Below are positions 27,842 through 37,452 of a stretch of DNA of 64,000 nt, in pieces (the stretch's first letter is position 1; every line of letters starts with the position of its first letter). The stretch covers positions 34,523 to 98,522 of IMG/VR virus record IMGVR_UViG_3300037589_000184. The stretch is one strand, 5' to 3'. The DNA comes from a virus. Its lineage: Duplodnaviria; Heunggongvirae; Uroviricota; Caudoviricetes. Made by a program: the position numbers and the translations under genes. The notes beneath the pieces are model-generated. The model was not told the DNA's origin. It saw nothing but the letters and a program-made list of their open reading frames with translations, and did no database searches.

Positions 27842-28903
27842 ATGAACCTTACCACAGCACATAGGGGCAGGGGAATGAAAAGGGACAGGTTCCAGATGGC
27901 CACCACTTCATCGAATGGATATTATCCATTCTATACAATGTGTGGTGACCTTCGACCTATAGGGAACGAATTTGTCTATCACAAACCCTCCATAAAAGGG
28001 TATTACAATGTGATAGGCAGATATGACCAACTCTTACAGGACCTGCACAGCTCCGATAGAATGGACAGGTTCGAGTTCGTATACTCGGATGTCATGTACC
28101 ATATATATGCAATGAAGCATTGTATCATGGATACGGAAGGTGACTTTCTGTTGTTGATGACCTTCAAGGAAAGGGAATTTTTCCAAGAGGCATCAAATGA
28201 AAGGAAGAGAGAGTTCAGGAAAGATGAAATGTGGTGCTTCAAGCTATTTGTTTCCACAAAACTGATGTTGGATGCAAGGTATACCAACCTTTGGAAAAAG
28301 CTTGATAAGGAATATGTGTCGGAATGCTACAAAAAAGGTGTGGCAGTGGAGTTCACCACATCGGAAGAGATCGATGTACAGGTGTTCTCCAACAATTTCA
28401 ACCCCACATACCCCACCATATCACAGTTCATGAGACACCTCAAGGAAGATGTGCCAAGATTGTTGATGGATGCCATGACAACCTCATTGGAGGATCCCGT
28501 GGAGGATGAGATGGAAGATGAAGGGGTCGAGATGTACACACACATGGGGGGAACCATCAGTGGTACGGATATCAGGATAAGCAGTCAGGATACCATACAA
28601 CTGTCAAACCTCAATGTGGAGCAGGCTTCCCCCGAGAGTTATACCGTCACATTGTCGAATGATGCGGGAGAACAACGGTACATAGCGGGAGTGGACAGTT
28701 TTACAAGCTCTGCTGATGCCGTTGTAAGAACCGAATATGTGGACATTGTATCCGATTCCACCGATATGCAGGAAGCAATCCGACAGGTGGATATGCCGAT
28801 TGTGGCCCCACAGGGATTCGAGATCATTGACGACACTGCCGAAGATTATCAGGAAATCGGTACCTTTGAGGCAGATGGCCAAGTCGAACCAGACAGCCAG
28901 TAA
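27842..28903 (+). CDS. hypothetical protein with acidic C-terminal half
   Basis: 353 aa. The ATG overlaps the E1 stop, indicating an operon. Confidence 0.4.
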   Translation: MNLTTAHRGRGMKRDRFQMATTSSNGYYPFYTMCGDLRPIGNEFVYHKPSIKGYYNVIGRYDQLLQDLHSSDRMDRFEFVYSDVMYHIYAMKHCIMDTEGDFLLLMTFKEREFFQEASNERKREFRKDEMWCFKLFVSTKLMLDARYTNLWKKLDKEYVSECYKKGVAVEFTTSEEIDVQVFSNNFNPTYPTISQFMRHLKEDVPRLLMDAMTTSLEDPVEDEMEDEGVEMYTHMGGTISGTDIRISSQDTIQLSNLNVEQASPESYTVTLSNDAGEQRYIAGVDSFTSSADAVVRTEYVDIVSDSTDMQEAIRQVDMPIVAPQGFEIIDDTAEDYQEIGTFEADGQVEPDSQ

Positions 28904-28922
28904 CCTTAAAAAAATCGATATT

Positions 28923-29312
28923 ATGGCAGGAGGAAACAACAAGAGAAAAGGCTCCGATGCCGAAAGATTATATGCCAAGGTCTTTAGGGACCTTGGTTTT
29001 TCTTTCGTGCAGACCTCTAGGTACGGGAGCAGGATACACGATGATGCGGGGATAGACCTGATAAATCTCCCCATCAATGTGCAGATCAAGGCCGGCAGGC
29101 AAAAGGGGATGAACCCCAGTGCAGTAATAGCGGACATCAAACAAAGAATTTCCCAGATGTTCCCAAAGAAGTCAGAAGAACATACCAACCCTCTTGTGGT
29201 GATACATAGGAAGGAAGTCGGTAGAGGTAAAAAAAGGGGAGAGGTGGACGACATTGTCCACATGAGTTTTGAAGATTTCAAAAAACTGTTAATTAGAATA
29301 AAATGGGAGTGA
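28923..29312 (+). CDS. Holliday-junction resolvase, Hjc-like (PD-(D/E)xK fold)
   Basis: KGSDAERLYAKVFRDLGFSF...DDAGIDLI resembles the archaeal Hjc GSxxER...GF...D.IA pattern. Start is assigned to the ATG at 28923, because the track ORF starts upstream inside the previous gene. Confidence 0.5.
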   Translation: MAGGNNKRKGSDAERLYAKVFRDLGFSFVQTSRYGSRIHDDAGIDLINLPINVQIKAGRQKGMNPSAVIADIKQRISQMFPKKSEEHTNPLVVIHRKEVGRGKKRGEVDDIVHMSFEDFKKLLIRIKWE

Positions 29313-30478
29313 TTATTGCCACAAAAGAGCAGATAGATGAATATTTTGCGTCCACTGCACTCAGCCAATCAAGTTTGAAGGCCCTTGCACAGGGCTTGGA
29401 CTCTTTTTTGGCAAACCAAACAGAGACAACCGAACTTTTTTATGAGGAAAAGGGCCATTTTGTGATAGGATCCGGGGTGGATTGCCTGCTCACGGGCCAA
29501 GAGGGCCAGTTCGACAATGAATATCATGTGTCCACTATGGAAAAAAAGCCAAGTGACACCATAATGAGCATAGTCAACCAGACCTTTGCCCTTGTCCTTG
29601 AACAATTTGAGATGGAAAGGGCAGACTATCCGGAGATGACCTTTGAATCCTTTATCCTTGATACAGGGAACGAACTACAGGTGTACCATGAGCATGTCCT
29701 CAGGGCATGTGATGACCATGAGTACCAGATGAGGTGGAAAACGGAGACAAGGGTGAACAAGATCTTGGAAGAGGGCAATATCTATTTTATAGATCTACAG
29801 GAAGGACATGGAAAACAGATCCTTGATGCCGAACAGCACAATAAGATCCGTGATATCGTAATGTCCCTTACCACCAATCCCTTAACGGCAAAATATTTTG
29901 ACAGGGAAATGCAGTCCAGACAGGAGAACATGGATTTTTACTATCAATTGCCCATCTACTTTACCTACAGGGGAATTGAATGTAAGGCCCTATTGGATTT
30001 TGTTGCCGTCACAAAGGACAAGGATGGAAAGATCATAAAGATCGAACCTTTTGACCTAAAGACAATGTCGGGCAATACCATAGGTTTTTCCCGTAGTGTC
30101 TCCTCAAGGAGATATGATATCCAAGGAGCTTGGTACACCATGGCCCTTTGGAACAAATTCATAGGAGAGGTCAATGACGGTGATGATGTCATCTCTCCCT
30201 TTACCTTTATAGTGGAGTCCACTACCCAAACCGGTAATCCTCTTGTCTATAGGTGCCATCCATCCCTTTTGGAAATGGGAAGAAATGGTAGGCCACCCTT
30301 GAAATTGGGGGATCCCCAGATCATCGAAAAGACCCCATATCTTGTAAGGAATGAGATAAAAGGGTATGAACAATTGTTGGAAGAGTATCTATGGTACGAA
30401 GAAAACGGTTGGGAAAAGGAGAGAAAGGTAGTGGAGAACCAAGGAGTTTTGGAACTGGACTGGAACGGAATCATTTGA
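29303..30478 (+). CDS. RecB/Cas4-like PD-(D/E)xK nuclease (tentative)
   Basis: ALLDFVAV...IEPFDLKTMSG matches the RecB-family motifs II and III (hhhD ... DxK-T-G). Confidence 0.4.
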   Translation: MGVIIATKEQIDEYFASTALSQSSLKALAQGLDSFLANQTETTELFYEEKGHFVIGSGVDCLLTGQEGQFDNEYHVSTMEKKPSDTIMSIVNQTFALVLEQFEMERADYPEMTFESFILDTGNELQVYHEHVLRACDDHEYQMRWKTETRVNKILEEGNIYFIDLQEGHGKQILDAEQHNKIRDIVMSLTTNPLTAKYFDREMQSRQENMDFYYQLPIYFTYRGIECKALLDFVAVTKDKDGKIIKIEPFDLKTMSGNTIGFSRSVSSRRYDIQGAWYTMALWNKFIGEVNDGDDVISPFTFIVESTTQTGNPLVYRCHPSLLEMGRNGRPPLKLGDPQIIEKTPYLVRNEIKGYEQLLEEYLWYEENGWEKERKVVENQGVLELDWNGII

Positions 30479-30481
30479 CAC

Positions 30482-31066
30482 ATGGAAATAGAGATTGGAA
30501 AGTATTATGTGAACAAAACGTGGAAATACCTGAGGCCCTGTCTAAGGGAGTATGGTCCCACCTTTGTCATAAAGTTCAATGCCCTTTTCAAACTCGCCAT
30601 GGGAATACATGATTGTGTACTGGATGGTACGGATTTCGAGAACCAAAGGCTCATCTATATGTTATTGGACAAAAAGTACAATCCAAGGGCATACGAGAGC
30701 TTCATGAACTGGATAAAGCACCAGAATTTCTATGTAACGGACTATTCCCATGATGTCACACTTGATGGAAGAAGGCACATGGTAGTAGTGAAGGTCCCGA
30801 AGAAATTTGAGGATGCCCATGAGCAGTTCATAAAAAGTAGATACAGCAGTATGTACCTCCCCGAAGAAATAGAGACCCTGTTCGAGGGAGAGGACTCAAG
30901 GAAGGTCAAGGAAATCCTATTACAATATGATTCGGCAAGGAAGGAGTTTGTTGATAAGGTCAACAACACCTTCAAGACTGCCATGAGAATCGAGGATACC
31001 TATGGTGGGGAACTGGATTTCCCCATAGAGAAGGAAAAAGAGTATTTTAACTATAGAGGGGGTTGA
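30482..31066 (+). CDS. hypothetical protein ending in C-terminal Gly-Gly
   Basis: 194 aa. The last residues are ...EYFNYRGG followed immediately by a stop. Confidence 0.35.
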   Translation: MEIEIGKYYVNKTWKYLRPCLREYGPTFVIKFNALFKLAMGIHDCVLDGTDFENQRLIYMLLDKKYNPRAYESFMNWIKHQNFYVTDYSHDVTLDGRRHMVVVKVPKKFEDAHEQFIKSRYSSMYLPEEIETLFEGEDSRKVKEILLQYDSARKEFVDKVNNTFKTAMRIEDTYGGELDFPIEKEKEYFNYRGG

Positions 31067-31425
31067 TGCCCCCTCTTCAAAAAACCATTACCATGATAAA
31101 TATTTTGATCCACTGCAAAGAGGACAGTAAGATTCTGGACAACTTCCAGAAAAATTGGAAACGGGAAACCTATACCTCAACAGATGATGAGGGGTATGAG
31201 GTGGAGCTTACAAAGGGAATCAGGCAAAGTGTCACAGGGGTCCCGGTAAGAACAGTGACGATAACATCAGGTGCCGAGAAGGTACAGTTGGTGGACACAA
31301 GGAAGGAGGACAGCCCACTGTTCACATTGGAAGGGCCAAAGGCCCTACAGCTTACAGTGTTGGAGGACTATCTGGTAGGACTGCTAAAAAGAGGGAAAAG
31401 CCATGGTAATAGGGATTTCAGGTAA
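31063..31425 (+). CDS. hypothetical protein
   Basis: 120-aa ORF. Confidence 0.3.
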   Translation: MMPPLQKTITMINILIHCKEDSKILDNFQKNWKRETYTSTDDEGYEVELTKGIRQSVTGVPVRTVTITSGAEKVQLVDTRKEDSPLFTLEGPKALQLTVLEDYLVGLLKRGKSHGNRDFR

Positions 31426-32182
31426 GATAGGGTCCGGAAAGGACCTTGTCGCCAAGATAATACAGGCACTGACCTGTCAACCAAGTTCCTTGGACAGGCT
31501 CAACAACCCGGATCTGGGGAATATCGATATCGAAAGATTCATAGAATCGAAGATATGGGACATTCCCAAATTCACCGTGCACAGGTTTGCGGATGCCTTG
31601 AAGGACAATGTGTGCAATATCATCGGGTGTACACGGGCACAGTTGGAGGACAGGGATTTCAAGGAGACCCCGTTGCCAGAGGAATGGTGGTGCTATAACA
31701 TTGGTGGAAACCTCCTTTCAAGAGGATATTACGATAATGAGGCCGACCATAAAATGGCAGAGGAGAGGTATCTTGTGAAGACAACCCCAAGGATGATACT
31801 CCAAAGACTTGGTACGGAAGGTGGAAGAATGTTGATACATCCAAATATCTGGGTCAATGCCCTGTTCAGTGGATATCAAACCAGACCTGTGACCTTACCT
31901 GATGAAACTACTTTTATCAAGGATGAGGAAAAGTGGTTTGAGGATAGAACTTCACACTGGATAATCCCGGATGTAAGATTCCCCAATGAGCTTGAGGCAA
32001 TCCAAAAACGAGAGGGGATTACCATCAGGATTGAAAGGCCCGGTTATGAGGCCACAGGAAATCACCTATCCGAGACTTCCCTTGACGATGCCCTGTTCGA
32101 TTATACCATACAGAACGATTCCAGTATAGAGGATCTTGTACACACTGTGAGGTTGATACTGAACAAGGAAAAAATCCTATGA
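31403..32182 (+). CDS. deoxynucleoside monophosphate kinase-like P-loop kinase
   Basis: N-terminal GISGKIGSGKD resembles the phage dNMP kinase GxSGxxxSGKDT loop. Confidence 0.45.
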   Translation: MVIGISGKIGSGKDLVAKIIQALTCQPSSLDRLNNPDLGNIDIERFIESKIWDIPKFTVHRFADALKDNVCNIIGCTRAQLEDRDFKETPLPEEWWCYNIGGNLLSRGYYDNEADHKMAEERYLVKTTPRMILQRLGTEGGRMLIHPNIWVNALFSGYQTRPVTLPDETTFIKDEEKWFEDRTSHWIIPDVRFPNELEAIQKREGITIRIERPGYEATGNHLSETSLDDALFDYTIQNDSSIEDLVHTVRLILNKEKIL

Positions 32183-32371
32183 AATGGAAGGAATGAATTG
32201 GAAACAGGCCAGAGAGGCATTTCAGGCTGCGGAACAGACCATGCACGCTGCGGATGTGATAGCCGATGACATGGCAAGGATGTTGGTGGGCAGGCTCAGA
32301 AAGGTGAGGTCCAAACATATTCTTGACAGATTGAAAAAAGAACTTTCGAAGTATAACATGAAAACCAAAAC

Positions 32372-33853
32372 TTGGAACAAATGATAGCAAGCAACAGACA
32401 AAGGGCTGTTTATGAGACTTGGGACAATACCGATAAAAATATGCTGATAGAGGCAGTGGCAGGGAGTGGAAAGACCACTACCCTGTTGGAGCTTTTGAGA
32501 AGGTGCAACCACAGGACACTGTTCCTTGCATTCAACAAATCCATACAGGAGGAGATCCAAGGTGTGATAAACAATAGGGGACTTGCACAGGGTAAGGCCC
32601 TTACCATGCATGCCATGGGACTGTCCGCAATCAGGAAGGTGTCAAAGTTCCGTATCAACAATAAAAAGAACTTTGATATGATCAAAGTATTGCAGGAGAG
32701 GAACAGACATTGGTTCAACACCCTTACATGGGAAAAGAAGGTGAGATTGTCCTTTACGTTAATGGACTTCAACGATACCTCAAGGCTGTTCCTTACGGAT
32801 GATATAGACCAGATCACAGAATATATGAGAAATATGGACAAGTCCTATTTTGAGGTTGATTGGTTGGATGATCTTTGGGAACAGATGTTGGAACTGAGGG
32901 AAGAGTACCACAATGAAAGGGTATTGGAAGTGGATTTCCATGACATGATATTCATTCCCCTACAGAAGGATCTTGAAATTCCCGTGTACTGTACCTATTT
33001 GATGGTGGACGAGGCACAGGACCTCAACCTTGCACAGCATTATCTGATTGATAAACTGTTGTCACAGGGGCATATCCAAAGATGGATAGCAGTAGGGGAC
33101 AGTAGGCAGAGCATCTATGGTTTCAGTGGAGCCTATGAATCCTCCTTTCAAAGGTTCAGGGAAAAGGAGAACACTGTACAACTGCCACTCGATATCTGTT
33201 ATAGGTGTCCCGTGAGTGTTATAGAATCGGCAAACGAGGTATATGATGTGATGCAGGGATATAAAGCGGATGAAGGTGTGGTAGAGACAATCTCCGACCC
33301 ACACCTGATCAAAGAAGGTTCCATGGTCATCTGTAGGAACACCACTCCCCTAATAGAACTGTATTTCAACCTTCTTGGACAGGGAAGGAAAGTGTTTTTG
33401 AAAGGTGAGGACATCATCCCACTTGTAAAGAAATTCTTGAAACCCCACACCTATAAGACCATAGGCACTGCTCTTTCAAAATTGAACGATGAGCTTATAC
33501 AGTTGGAGGAAAGGAAGGATGAGTCCGATAATGATAGGATGAGGTACTATTGGTTCAAACAACAGCTCTCTAATGTGAGGGTACTGACAAGCCACCTGTC
33601 CTCTCCGGGGGACAAGGTACAGGATCTGTTCGATCAATTGGACAATATGTTCAGTGAGGAAGGGCCGGATGCAGTGACCCTTTGTACGATACACAAGTCA
33701 AAGGGACTTGAAGCAGATGTGGTATATATACTCAACGAGTATCTGATACCCTCAAAATTCGCAGTCTCCGACCAACAGTTGAAACAGGAGAAGAACCTGA
33801 AATATGTTGCAAGGACACGGGCAAAGGAAGAACTTTATTTTTTGAATCTATGA
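32372..33853 (+). CDS. UvrD/PcrA-like SF1 helicase
   Basis: Walker A AGSGKTTT, motif II VDEAQDLN, and TIHKSKGLEADVVYIL as a motif VI-like region. Confidence 0.8.
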   Translation: MEQMIASNRQRAVYETWDNTDKNMLIEAVAGSGKTTTLLELLRRCNHRTLFLAFNKSIQEEIQGVINNRGLAQGKALTMHAMGLSAIRKVSKFRINNKKNFDMIKVLQERNRHWFNTLTWEKKVRLSFTLMDFNDTSRLFLTDDIDQITEYMRNMDKSYFEVDWLDDLWEQMLELREEYHNERVLEVDFHDMIFIPLQKDLEIPVYCTYLMVDEAQDLNLAQHYLIDKLLSQGHIQRWIAVGDSRQSIYGFSGAYESSFQRFREKENTVQLPLDICYRCPVSVIESANEVYDVMQGYKADEGVVETISDPHLIKEGSMVICRNTTPLIELYFNLLGQGRKVFLKGEDIIPLVKKFLKPHTYKTIGTALSKLNDELIQLEERKDESDNDRMRYYWFKQQLSNVRVLTSHLSSPGDKVQDLFDQLDNMFSEEGPDAVTLCTIHKSKGLEADVVYILNEYLIPSKFAVSDQQLKQEKNLKYVARTRAKEELYFLNL

Positions 33854-34118
33854 TAGGAGTAATAAGACATCAGGATATGTCACCGAATGGAAACCACATG
33901 ATAAAGTTCTATGGTTCCCTTCTTGATTTTGCAATACAGGAAGCCAATTTAAAAGTACATTCAAATGGTACTGTAGAGGCTTTTGGAAGACCTTTGCCAC
34001 ATTCCTATATAATGGAGCAATGGACAGAGGAAGAAATAATAAGGGATGTTGCCCGTACCACAAAATTCAAGGAAGTGGCAAAGGCCAATTTCTACACTTT
34101 TTATAAAATGGAAAAATT

Positions 34119-34655
34119 ATGAGCACAGAAACAGAAGTCAAAAAGCATTTCAAATTACCGGAGCCATTTTTTACAAACTGGTTGGAGGCTTTGAGGTCAG
34201 GGGGCTATGACCAAGGTGATGAGTTCTTGGCCACAGAGGGGGTAGATGAAGACGACCAATATGATGGAACCTATAAATATTGTTGTCTAGGTGTTGCAGG
34301 AGCTATTTGTAAAGTTCCCCTTCCTTTGATGACGGGAGTACCTTTATTGACCCCTGAGGAAATGTCACAAGATGTTTCAGAAAATTATGGGATACCAAAA
34401 ATATTGACAGAACAGGGGACTACTGCACCTTTAAAATATTCCCTTGTTGAGATACTTACATCATTGAATGATGGAAATCTAGCAGAAAAACTTTACCACA
34501 CCCTTGAGGAATACCCCGGAATATGGTATCCAGAGAATATCCTAAGAGAGATAAAGGAAGCCTCCAAAAAGCGTGTAAGCTTGGATTTCAAGGGGATAGC
34601 AGAGTTTTTGGAAAGAAATGTCGAACCTATAAAGGAAACAGATGATATTGCTTAA
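34119..34655 (+). CDS. hypothetical protein
   Basis: 178-aa ORF. Confidence 0.3.
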   Translation: MSTETEVKKHFKLPEPFFTNWLEALRSGGYDQGDEFLATEGVDEDDQYDGTYKYCCLGVAGAICKVPLPLMTGVPLLTPEEMSQDVSENYGIPKILTEQGTTAPLKYSLVEILTSLNDGNLAEKLYHTLEEYPGIWYPENILREIKEASKKRVSLDFKGIAEFLERNVEPIKETDDIA

Positions 34656-34905
34656 AGATTATATTGCCGAGCTACAGAAAGTAGCTGAAACACATCCATC
34701 ATTCGGTGAACTTCCGGTCATATATGCAGAGGATGATGAGGGCAACGGATATCAGTTGGTATCCAATCTTCCTTCCCTGTTCTCTGTTGTGGACATAAAA
34801 GAAAGGAATTTGGAACCGGACCTCGGTACCTTACAAAAGGCACAGCAGGGGTTGGATACCGAATCAAAGGATTTTAAAAAGTTGAACTGTGTAATTGTAA
34901 ATTAA
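34642..34905 (+). CDS. hypothetical protein
   Basis: 87-aa ORF. Confidence 0.25.
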   Translation: MILLKDYIAELQKVAETHPSFGELPVIYAEDDEGNGYQLVSNLPSLFSVVDIKERNLEPDLGTLQKAQQGLDTESKDFKKLNCVIVN

Positions 34906-35183
34906 TGAGAACAGAAGAAGAAAAACAGGAAATGCTCGACAAGCTTGAGCAGATGAAAGGGACCCTACCAGAGTTCAGTGCCTTTGGGGACAATAACTGG
35001 CAGAGGTTGGATGACCAGAAAAGGGTCATTGTCGAGGAGATGGACGAAGATGATGTCTATGGTATGTACGAAGGGGAAAGTGAGGACTGGGAAGAAGAAT
35101 TTTCGGAGGATATATCTACCTGTCTTACAGTAGTCCAATGGTTAAGTGGACAGGATGTTGAAGATGAAATCATCGAACTATGA
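34905..35183 (+). CDS. hypothetical acidic protein
   Basis: 92-aa ORF, very acidic. Confidence 0.25.
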   Translation: MRTEEEKQEMLDKLEQMKGTLPEFSAFGDNNWQRLDDQKRVIVEEMDEDDVYGMYEGESEDWEEEFSEDISTCLTVVQWLSGQDVEDEIIEL

Positions 35184-36328
35184 GTCAAATAGACGTTACC
35201 TATAACAGATTGTTGGATTCCATCTTAAAGATGGGGTACAATTACAGGACTGCGAACAGACCTGATATCGATTGCAGACAGATAGCCTCCGTGAACATGG
35301 AAGTTACCTTGGAGACATTCCCATTGATCACGACAAAGGAAATGTACTGGAAGGGGATCGTGGCAGAGCTGATATGGTTCCTCCGTGGGGATCAGAACAT
35401 CAAGTTCCTTGTGGACAATGACGTGCACATCTGGGACAAGGATGCCTACAACTGGTACAAGAAACTTTGCTCTGAACAGGACACTGTTGCCATAGACTTC
35501 ATTGATTTTCTGACAGAAGTCAAGGCAGGTACCAAAAATGTGGCCCTCGGTGACTATACCTATGGGGATGTTGGCCTCAACTATGGGGTACAATGGAGGA
35601 AATGGGCAGGGCATGAGAAGTTTCCTGCCGGACCAAGGGATTATATAGATTTGGTGGAATTTGATCAGATCAAAAATCTCATTGTCAACCTGAACAAGAC
35701 CAACCCCATTAACCGTAGACACATTGTCACTGCTTGGAACCCTGATGAGGTGAACGATACCGCACTTCCACCATGCCACTGGTCATGGGAGATCATACCA
35801 AGGCCACTGTTCCTACATGATAGGATAAACCTATGCAGACAAGAGGACCAAGAGCCTTTGGCAGAGCTGTGGGGGGAAATGTCAAAGGGTAACAAGGAAG
35901 CCGAGGAAAAGTTGAGGAAAAGCCTTGTTCACATACCCAAGTATGCCTTTACATTGAAGTGGCACCAAAGAAGTGTGGACACATTTTTGGGACTCCCCTT
36001 CAACATTGCATCCTATGCACTGCTTGCACACATCATAGGGGAACTGACGGAAATGCTCCCTCTTGAGCTTATAGGTGATCTCAGCAATGTGCACATCTAT
36101 GGCCCCCACAATGAAATGGTCACCGAACAACTGTCAAGAAATCCCTTGGAATATCCGGGATGCCATCTTGAACTCAGTGAGAGGTTTGTGGCCGATGTGG
36201 AAAAATTTAAGAAAGGAAAGCTCTCTATTGATCTGTTGTTCAAACAGTTACAGATTTCAGATTTTCAAGTTCCGGATTATGAGTCCTTTGGAAAATTGAA
36301 GGCCGAAATGTTTGAACCAACGGAATAA
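35180..36328 (+). CDS. thyA: thymidylate synthase ThyA family (with about 40-aa insertion, possibly a dUMP-modifying paralogue)
   Basis: FPLITTKEMYWKGIVAELIWFLRGD, active-site LPPCH, and QRSVDTFLGLPFNIASYALLAHI with the dUMP-specifying Asn retained. A large insertion lies between the PCH and QRS motifs. The protein is 382 aa, where 264-320 aa is typical. Confidence 0.8.
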   Translation: MSQIDVTYNRLLDSILKMGYNYRTANRPDIDCRQIASVNMEVTLETFPLITTKEMYWKGIVAELIWFLRGDQNIKFLVDNDVHIWDKDAYNWYKKLCSEQDTVAIDFIDFLTEVKAGTKNVALGDYTYGDVGLNYGVQWRKWAGHEKFPAGPRDYIDLVEFDQIKNLIVNLNKTNPINRRHIVTAWNPDEVNDTALPPCHWSWEIIPRPLFLHDRINLCRQEDQEPLAELWGEMSKGNKEAEEKLRKSLVHIPKYAFTLKWHQRSVDTFLGLPFNIASYALLAHIIGELTEMLPLELIGDLSNVHIYGPHNEMVTEQLSRNPLEYPGCHLELSERFVADVEKFKKGKLSIDLLFKQLQISDFQVPDYESFGKLKAEMFEPTE

Positions 36329-36423
36329 AATCTCTATATTTGCTTTCCCCAGAAATATTTCAGAAGCCAGAAAGTATGTCAAGCAGACCCTCAGAATTTT
36401 TATTTCTATTATACATTCAGGAA

Positions 36424-36460
36424 AATCCCTGTCCATAGATTTTGGACAGGGATTTTTATT
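36424..36460 (+). terminator. rho-independent terminator hairpin
   Basis: 12-bp perfect stem AATCCCTGTCCA/TGGACAGGGATT followed by TTTATTT. Confidence 0.5.
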
Positions 36461-36473
36461 TAATCAAACGACC

Positions 36474-37451
36474 ATGAAAAGAAGTCTATTGAAAAGGAGG
36501 GACAGTATCCTCCCAGAAGAGTATCCGGAATTTCTACCCTTTCTGGATGCCATAAACAGTACAATGTGGTTCGTCAACAAATGGGATTTCTCCTCCGATA
36601 AGAATGATTTTCTCCATTTTATGACAGAGCAGGAAAAGATGGTGACCATCCGTGGACTGTTGTGCATAGCACAGCAGGAGATAAAGGTAAAAAGAAGTTG
36701 GGTGAACCTCCATGGTATGTTCCCCAAGCCAGAGATAGATGCAGTGGGCATCTCCTTTGGGGAAAGTGAGGTAAGGCACCAAAGGGGATATAAAAAATTA
36801 TTACAGGTACTTGGACTGGAACAGGAGTTCCTTGATCTTGAGAGGCATCCTTCCCTTTTCAACAGGATGAACTATCTCGATAAATACCTGAAAAAGAGCA
36901 AGGGGGATGTGAAGGACTATGTGATGTACCTTACCCTGTTCACCTTGGCAGTGGAGAACTCCTCACTGTTCGGCCTGTTTGCCATATTCAAGGTCATCAA
37001 CAAGGAAAGGAATTTCTTGAAGGATACCGATAACGTGATAATGGATACTACCAAGGAAGAGAACATACATGCCCTGTTCGGGGTATTCCTTATAAACCTG
37101 TTGAGAGAGGAGGAACCCGAACTGTTCCCAGAGGACTTTGGGGATGTGGTATCCTCTGCCATGGCCAAATCATATCAGGCAGAGTCCGATATAATCGATT
37201 GGGTCTTTGAGCACGGGGAACTTCCATACCTCACAAAGGACCAGATAAAGACCTATATCAAGTACAGGATCAACTATTCCCTTGAACTGTTGGATCTTCC
37301 AAAAATCTATACACTCGATCAACAGCAACTGGAAAAATTTGACTTTTTTGAGCTTGAGCAGGATTCCACGATACATGTGGACTTCTTCCACAAGACAAGT
37401 CCCAATTATAACAAGCACAGTAGAACTGAAACTAAAGACAGCTTATTTTGA
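36474..37451 (+). CDS. nrdB: ribonucleotide reductase small subunit (NrdB/R2-like, ferritin-like di-iron)
   Basis: ExxH pairs SEVRH and EENIH, with a typical helical ferritin-like composition. Start is assigned to the ATG at 36474 after the terminator. Confidence 0.55.
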   Translation: MKRSLLKRRDSILPEEYPEFLPFLDAINSTMWFVNKWDFSSDKNDFLHFMTEQEKMVTIRGLLCIAQQEIKVKRSWVNLHGMFPKPEIDAVGISFGESEVRHQRGYKKLLQVLGLEQEFLDLERHPSLFNRMNYLDKYLKKSKGDVKDYVMYLTLFTLAVENSSLFGLFAIFKVINKERNFLKDTDNVIMDTTKEENIHALFGVFLINLLREEEPELFPEDFGDVVSSAMAKSYQAESDIIDWVFEHGELPYLTKDQIKTYIKYRINYSLELLDLPKIYTLDQQQLEKFDFFELEQDSTIHVDFFHKTSPNYNKHSRTETKDSLF

Positions 37452-37452
37452 T

